DNA from: an uncultured Gemmatimonadales bacterium
GTDB taxonomy: Bacteria > Gemmatimonadota > Gemmatimonadetes > Longimicrobiales > Longimicrobiaceae
NCBI GenBank assembly: GCA_963716255.1
Contig: OY970303.1
Span: 2,080,001-2,144,000, forward strand
Reading direction: 5' to 3'
Length of the DNA stretch: 64,000 nt
Every line of letters begins with the position of its first letter. The stretch's first letter is position 1. The position numbers and the translations under genes were made by a program. The notes below the pieces were generated by a model. The model was not told the origin of the DNA. It saw nothing but the letters and a program-made list of their open reading frames with translations, and ran no database searches. This document shows positions 38,343 through 64,000 of the stretch, piece by piece.

Positions 38343-38846
38343 TCAGCGGGGGTCCGGACAGGGCGCGGGCGGAGGCGTCCCCGGGCTCACGGACTCGTCC
38401 TCCAGCCGGATCCGCAGCCCGCCGCCGCGGCGGACCAGGAGGCCGGTGTACGAGACCACCAGCGGCGGCGCGCCCGGGCAGGTTCCCCACGCGAAAAGGC
38501 CGGTGACGACCACCGCGTCCGGGCCGGCGGCCTCGAAGGAAAGGTCGCGCCACTCGAAGCTGCGCGGCGGAGTCCACTCCGCGCCCGCGTACCGGGACCG
38601 GATGGCCTCGTACGGCTCGAATTCCTTGTGGCCGTTGCCCACGAAGTAGGCGCCCGCGCTGTCGTAGCGCGCGGCGATGGCGGCGCGGTCGCCCGCGAGC
38701 AGGTCGCGCGCGTACGCCTCCATGAACGACCGCGCCTCGTCGGCCACGCCCCGCGGCGCGGCCGCCGGCGCGGCGGGCAGGCCGGCGCACGCGGCGGCGA
38801 GCGCCAGCAGGACCGTGCCCGTGAGCGTCCTCGCGCACCGGATCAT
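38343..38846 (-). CDS. NTF2/SnoaL-like lipoprotein
   Basis: Lipobox AAAC; GD..AIAARY and LRIRLEDES. Confidence 0.6.
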   Translation of the reverse strand: MIRCARTLTGTVLLALAAACAGLPAAPAAAPRGVADEARSFMEAYARDLLAGDRAAIAARYDSAGAYFVGNGHKEFEPYEAIRSRYAGAEWTPPRSFEWRDLSFEAAGPDAVVVTGLFAWGTCPGAPPLVVSYTGLLVRRGGGLRIRLEDESVSPGTPPPAPCPDPR

Positions 38847-38851
38847 CCGCG

Positions 38852-39118
38852 CTACCCGAAGCGCTTCGCCGACCGGACCCGGGCCTTCTGCGCCTCCTCG
38901 GCGCGGTCCCGGGGCGCCGTCCTGGTCTCGATGGAATCGACCAGGCGCCGGGCTGCGGCGGCGACCTCGTCCACCGCGCGGTCGAACGCCTCCTCGTTGG
39001 CGCGGGACGGGTGCGTCATCCCGCTCAGCTTGCGCACGAACTGCAGCGCGGAGGCGCGCACCTCGTCGTCCGTGGCGGGGGGCTCGAAGTTGGCCAGCGT
39101 CCTGATGTTCCTGCACAT
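38852..39118 (-). CDS. DUF2277 family protein
   Basis: MCRNIRTLANFEPPATDDEVRASALQFVRKLSG. Confidence 0.85.
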   Translation of the reverse strand: MCRNIRTLANFEPPATDDEVRASALQFVRKLSGMTHPSRANEEAFDRAVDEVAAAARRLVDSIETRTAPRDRAEEAQKARVRSAKRFG

Positions 39119-39159
39119 GGATTCTCGCGGGTCCGGGGGGATGTGCGCGGCGCGGCTCG

Positions 39160-39663
39160 TCAGGCCGTGCCGTCGTGCGCCCGGTGCAGCTCGGCGACGT
39201 CGATCTTCTTCATGCGGAGCATGGCCTCCATGGCCCGCTGCGCTCCCGGCGACCCGGGGTCGGCCATCATCTCCTCCATGCCGGTGGGAACCACCTGCCA
39301 CGACAGGCCGTAGCGGTCCTTGAGCCAGCCGCACTGCTGGGCGCTCGGGTCGCCGCCCTCCGAGAGCCGCTCCCAGTAGTAGTCGATCTCCTCCTGGGTC
39401 TCGCACCGGACCTCCAGCGAGACGGCCTCGTTGAACGTGAACACCGGCCCGCCGTTGAGCGCGGTGAACGCCTGTCCGTCCAGCTCGAACGCCACCGTCA
39501 TCACCGAGCCCGCCGGCCGGTGGTGCACCTCGAACCCCGCGGTCCCGTAGCGGGTGATCGCCGTGAGGCTGGAGTTGGGGAAGATCCCGGTGTAGTAGCG
39601 GGCGGCCTCCTCGGCCTCGTCCGCGAACCACAGGCAGGGGGTGATTCTCTGTGTCGTGGCCAT
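39160..39663 (-). CDS. VOC/PhnB-like (3-dmu-9_3-mt) protein
   Basis: ITPCLWF, ALNGGP and CGWLKDRYGLSWQVVP. Confidence 0.9.
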   Translation of the reverse strand: MATTQRITPCLWFADEAEEAARYYTGIFPNSSLTAITRYGTAGFEVHHRPAGSVMTVAFELDGQAFTALNGGPVFTFNEAVSLEVRCETQEEIDYYWERLSEGGDPSAQQCGWLKDRYGLSWQVVPTGMEEMMADPGSPGAQRAMEAMLRMKKIDVAELHRAHDGTA

Positions 39664-39757
39664 GCTTCCTCCCGGGTTGATGAGGGGGTCGGTGGAACGC
39701 GGCTGGTCTTCCCGACGCAAGCAGCCGGCCGGGACGTCCGCCTTTCCGGCGGGCGGC

Positions 39758-40273
39758 TCACGCCGGGGCGTACTCGAGCGACACGGTGCCCGTCTTCTCG
39801 TACACCCGGTGCTTCACGAGCCTGAGCCGGGCGCGCTGCGCCGGGGACGGCAGCAGGGGCACGCCGCCGCCGAGCAGCACGGGGATCACCGCGACCTCCA
39901 CCGCGTCCACCAGCCGGAGCTCGAGCAGGCTGCGGAACAGGGAGCCCCCGCCGAAGAGCCAGATGTCCTTTCCGGGGCCCGCCCGGAGCGAAGCCACCGT
40001 CGCCGCGGGATCGTCCGAGACGGCCACGCCCGGGCAGTCCGCCTGGCGGAGGGTGCGCGAGAACACGTATGCCTTCATGCCGGGCATCCCCCCGCCGCCG
40101 CCCATGTGCCGCATCGCCTCGTAGGTGTTCCGGCCCAGGAGCACGGTGTCGAAGCCGGCCATGAGGGCCCGGAAGTCGATGTCCGGGTCCATGACGATCC
40201 AGTCGCTCTCGCCGCGCGGGCCGGCGATGTAGCCGTCCAGGCTCGTCGCCACGGAGAACCGGACGCGTCTCAT
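39758..40273 (-). CDS. Dihydrofolate reductase / RibD C-terminal family protein
   Basis: SLDGYIA, LLGRNTY, IWLFGGGSL and PVLLGGG. Confidence 0.88.
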   Translation of the reverse strand: MRRVRFSVATSLDGYIAGPRGESDWIVMDPDIDFRALMAGFDTVLLGRNTYEAMRHMGGGGGMPGMKAYVFSRTLRQADCPGVAVSDDPAATVASLRAGPGKDIWLFGGGSLFRSLLELRLVDAVEVAVIPVLLGGGVPLLPSPAQRARLRLVKHRVYEKTGTVSLEYAPA

Positions 40274-40791
40274 GGATCCTCCTCGAGGCTGCGCGGGGGA
40301 AAGGCTTCCAGCGTACGGATCGCGCGCAGGCACGGCCACAGGAGCGCGGCCCCGCCGACGCCGAAGGCGCAGTCGATCAGGCGCCAGTAGAACGGGATCC
40401 CCCGCACCGCCCCGGCGATCAGCGCGAGCGGGATCACCCCGGCGCACGCGACCAGCCCGAAGGTGACGACCCACACGTTGCGCACGGGGTCGCGCAGCGG
40501 GCCCAGGAACGCGACCGCGATCGCGAGGTGAGCGAACGCGAGCCAGTCCGTGCCATAGGCGAGGAAGGGATAGCGGGCGTTGGTGTCCGCGAGCGCGTGG
40601 CGGACGGTCACCAGCCACCCGACCACGCCCTGCACGTCGCCGGGGCGCGCCGCGCCGGCGCCGAGGACGCCGGTTAGCCAGCGCAGCTCGGCCTCGAGCG
40701 GAAAGGCCGTGAGGCCGCTGAGCACCAGGCCGGCGATGAACGCCAGCAGGAGCACGCGCACGCGCCGCGTGAGCCGTTCCGTCCGCGTCAC
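40270..40791 (-). CDS. Conserved hypothetical membrane protein
   Basis: LSGLTAFPL, YPFLAYGTDWLAFAH and WRLIDC.FG; translationally coupled to neighbours. Confidence 0.7.
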   Translation of the reverse strand: MTRTERLTRRVRVLLLAFIAGLVLSGLTAFPLEAELRWLTGVLGAGAARPGDVQGVVGWLVTVRHALADTNARYPFLAYGTDWLAFAHLAIAVAFLGPLRDPVRNVWVVTFGLVACAGVIPLALIAGAVRGIPFYWRLIDCAFGVGGAALLWPCLRAIRTLEAFPPRSLEEDP

Positions 40792-41510
40792 GGGATCCCG
40801 CGGGGGTTCGCCGGCGGGTCGCCGCCCCGCAGCCGCCCGACGATGGCGGCCACGTGCAGCGCGGTGGTGTCGAGCGCCGGGAGGTCCGCGACCACCTCCG
40901 CGCGGAGCAGCAGCGGCAGCTCCGTCCCGCCGAGGATCACCCCGTCGATCCCCTCCTCCTCCCGCAGGCGGCCGGCCAGCGCGGTGACCCGGTCCCGCGT
41001 CTCCTCGCGGAACTCGCCCCGCAGGAGCTCCCCCACGTAGCGCGCGTGGATCCAGGCCCGGTCCCCGTCGCCGGGGGGCACCACGGCGATGCCGTGGCGC
41101 GCGAACACCGCGGGATAGAAGGGGCCCTCCATGGTGAAGCGCGTGCCGAGGAGGGCGAGCCGGCCCAGTCCGAGCCGCCGGGCCTCCCGCGCGCACACCT
41201 CCACGATGCTCAGCAGCGGCACGGGCGACAGCGCCGCGAGCTCGTCGAACACCAGGTGGGGCGTGTTTGCCGTCATGGCGGCGAAGTCGGCGCCGGCGCC
41301 CGCGAGCCGGCGCAGCGACTCCAGCAGGTACTCGACCAGCGCCGCCCGGTCCGTTTCCACGAGGCGCAGGGCCAGGCGGACGTCCAGGCTGTCGATGACG
41401 ACGGACGGGGCCGTGGACGGGTCCTCCCGCTCCCACGCCTCCAGGATGCGGCGGTAGTAGTCGATGGTGGACTCCGGGCCCAGCCCGCCGACGATCCCGA
41501 CTCTGCTCAT
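40788..41510 (-). CDS. Asp/Glu racemase family protein lacking both catalytic Cys
   Basis: GIVGGLGPESTIDYY, ANTPH, LLGTRFTM and ILGGTELP. Confidence 0.85.
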   Translation of the reverse strand: MSRVGIVGGLGPESTIDYYRRILEAWEREDPSTAPSVVIDSLDVRLALRLVETDRAALVEYLLESLRRLAGAGADFAAMTANTPHLVFDELAALSPVPLLSIVEVCAREARRLGLGRLALLGTRFTMEGPFYPAVFARHGIAVVPPGDGDRAWIHARYVGELLRGEFREETRDRVTALAGRLREEEGIDGVILGGTELPLLLRAEVVADLPALDTTALHVAAIVGRLRGGDPPANPRGIP

Positions 41511-41548
41511 CTCGTGGCTCTCCTCCGGGGGTGCGGGGCGCCGTCGCG

Positions 41549-42073
41549 CTAGCGGTCCATCACCGGGAGGTACGCGCGCCACGGGCCGACCGCCTCGCGG
41601 TACTGCTTCGCCATGACCCGGGCCGTCTGCGCCAGGTGCCCCAGGTCGTGCGCGACCCAGGTGGACAGAAGCTGCCGCAGCGTCACCGGCCCGAACTCGG
41701 GGTGCTCGCCTTCCAGGGCGAGCTGGGCGTCGGTCAGGCGCCACGCGGCGAGCGTGGCCAGGCTCTCCGCACGCAGGTGCGCGAACTCGTCCAGGAGATC
41801 GGCGAGCGGCCTGCCCTGGCTCTCGCGGAGCTGGGCGAAGCGGTCGAACGGGGTGAAGCGGCGCTCGGCGCCCTGGGCGAGGATGAGCCGCGCGCGCGGG
41901 ATCCAGTCGGTGCGCTCGCCGTGGACCAGGTGGCCCACGATGACGTACGGGCTCCACGTCGCCGGGCCCTCGGTCGCGTCCGTCCAGGCGGGCGGAAGGC
42001 CGGCGAGCATGGCGCGCAGGGCGTGCGGCGTGCGCTCCAGGACCGCGGTGCTGGCCGACAGGTCGAAGTCCAT
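41549..42073 (-). CDS. DinB family protein
   Basis: WS...VGHL...HDLGH metal-binding His pattern. Confidence 0.85.
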   Translation of the reverse strand: MDFDLSASTAVLERTPHALRAMLAGLPPAWTDATEGPATWSPYVIVGHLVHGERTDWIPRARLILAQGAERRFTPFDRFAQLRESQGRPLADLLDEFAHLRAESLATLAAWRLTDAQLALEGEHPEFGPVTLRQLLSTWVAHDLGHLAQTARVMAKQYREAVGPWRAYLPVMDR

Positions 42074-42111
42074 TCGTGCCTCCCTGGAACGGCTTGTTTA
42101 CGGCAGGATTC

Positions 42112-42241
42112 GGGCGTGCCCCCGGCTGGCGCCGGGGTCGGGCTTCGGCTCCGTAGCAAACGATACTACCGTTTGCAACGGAGTCGAGCCCCGACGATAC
42201 TGCTGTCGGGTCTCGCCCCTTCGGGCCGAAATCCCTCACGC
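42112..42241 (-). repeat. Structured dispersed element family 1, copy F
   Basis: Reverse copy; variable stem GCAAACG/CGTTTGC with loop GTAGTAT. Confidence 0.95.
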
Positions 42242-42275
42242 AAATGCCGACGTGGCCGCAATCTCCAGCCGTTGC

Positions 42276-42360
42276 CCCCTCTCCCAGAATGGCGCTTCAC
42301 GCTTCGCGTGAACCGGATGAAGGGAGAGGGTGGCGAGCCTCAAGCGAGCCGGGTGAGGGC
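42276..42360. repeat. REP-like palindrome (inverted copy of the 27811-27867 unit)
   Basis: GGGAGAGGGTGGCGAGCCTCAAGCGAGCCGGGTGAGGG is the exact reverse complement of the unit near 27812. Confidence 0.8.
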
Positions 42361-42414
42361 CACGCCGCAATCTGGAATCCCCAGGCGCCGCCTGCAAGAC
42401 GGGCGGCGCGCCGG

Positions 42415-43167
42415 CTAGCCGCCCCGGAACCGGAAGGGCTCGCCTCCCACCAGCTGGTCGCTGGTCACCGTGGGGCACCAGCGCCGCTCGACGTGGGCGA
42501 CGACCTGCGCGGTGCCCCAGGCGTGGCCGCGCGGGTCCCGGTGGAAGGAGTCGGTCAGGTCGCGGCAGAGCACCGGCCGCTTGCCCAGCAGCACGAGCTG
42601 CCGGATCCCGTACGGCCGCCCGAGGACGCAGAGGTTGGTGTGCACCCCCATCACGACGACGTCCCGGATCCCGCGCTGCTCCAGCAGGTTGAAGACCTCC
42701 TGGCCGTCGTCGCTCACCGCGTCCTCCGGCAGGATGCCGATCAGCGGGGTCTGCCGGGTCCAGGGATAGGGGGGGCCGGCCTCGCCGCAGGGCTCGGCCG
42801 AGTCGCACGAGCACGGCCCCGGGTCGGTCAGCGTCGCGGGCAGCGGCGATTCCCCGTCGTGCTCCCACCCCTGCCAGTCGATGGGGACCGGCGCCCGGGC
42901 CCGGGGAGCCCGGACGGCACGCTCGCGGGCCGGCGTGCCGCGGTAGAAGTCCACGCACCCGCTGGGCGCGTGGACGACGAGCGCGCCCCGCTCGCGCAGC
43001 CCGGCGACGACTTCGTTCATCCGCGGCGCCATCTCGGCGACGCGGCGGGCCGCGGAAACGCAGTGGTGGGCGTCCCACATGTCGCACACGACGACGGCCG
43101 CCCTCGCGGGATCCCGGTCCGCGCGGAGCGCGCCGCCCGCCCGGTCGGGGATGCGGTCGCCGGTCAT
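42415..43167 (-). CDS. Isochorismatase-like cysteine hydrolase
   Basis: VVVCDMW (catalytic Asp) and GVHTNLCV (catalytic Cys). Confidence 0.82.
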   Translation of the reverse strand: MTGDRIPDRAGGALRADRDPARAAVVVCDMWDAHHCVSAARRVAEMAPRMNEVVAGLRERGALVVHAPSGCVDFYRGTPARERAVRAPRARAPVPIDWQGWEHDGESPLPATLTDPGPCSCDSAEPCGEAGPPYPWTRQTPLIGILPEDAVSDDGQEVFNLLEQRGIRDVVVMGVHTNLCVLGRPYGIRQLVLLGKRPVLCRDLTDSFHRDPRGHAWGTAQVVAHVERRWCPTVTSDQLVGGEPFRFRGG

Positions 43168-43241
43168 GGGCCGTGCAGGTGGAGCATGGGAGATCCATGT
43201 GAATCGGGCTCCTGCCGGGCCCGGAGGCCGCGCAGGAGCCC

Positions 43242-43385
43242 GCGTGAGGGATTTCGGCCCGAAGGGGCGAGACCGCGCGGCACCTCAGTTCAGAGGTGCT
43301 GGCGCGGGCTCGACTCCGTTGGGCAGCGTTGTTTGCTGCCTTATGGAGCCGAAGCCCGACCCCGGCGCCAGCCGGGGGCACGCCC
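43242..43385 (+). repeat. Structured dispersed element family 1, copy G
   Basis: First variable arm extended (GGCACCTC/GAGGTGCT); second stem GGGCAGC/GCTGCCT. Confidence 0.95.
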
Positions 43386-43408
43386 AACCCTGCAGTTCGA
43401 CACCCCGC

Positions 43409-64000
<20,592 letters not shown>

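Noticed and set aside
5267..43385. Family 1 repeats as a CRISPR array, tRNAs or integron attC sites
   Set aside because: The copies are dispersed kb apart in both orientations. There are no cas or integrase genes, no T-loop, anticodon or CCA pattern, and no RYYYAAC/GTTRRRY ends.

Overview
High-GC bacterial DNA. The gene content (SusC/SusD pair, many lipoproteins, clustered ECF sigmas, beta-propeller proteins) suggests Gemmatimonadota, but that assignment is inference. Left to right: a TonB-dependent-receptor-like gene and a frameshifted propeller gene; a metal/copper locus (cupredoxin, DUF4142, Cys-containing HTH regulator with a perfect operator, beta-barrel, ZIP transporter, two-domain multicopper oxidase); an M14 peptidase; SusC/SusD; three ECF sigma/anti-sigma pairs; a Ca/H antiporter; a lower-GC TIR gene; an S45 acylase; a lower-GC RiPP-like cassette; small accessory genes; and the last 20.6 kb of a giant NRPS (E-C-A-T-E-C-A-T-E-C-A-T-C-A-T-C-A-T-TE). 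Two things stand out. (1) A putative triceptide (cyclophane RiPP) cluster: an unannotated 55-aa precursor ending HLNYFKTTS, an FxsB/YhhB-like radical SAM enzyme, a 2OG-Fe(II) oxygenase and a methyltransferase. (2) A dispersed ~130-nt structured repeat in 7 copies with fully covarying stems and a conserved 7-nt loop, mostly just behind stop codons, plus a second repeat family built from the same hairpin unit. All family calls come from motif recognition by eye; no searches were run.
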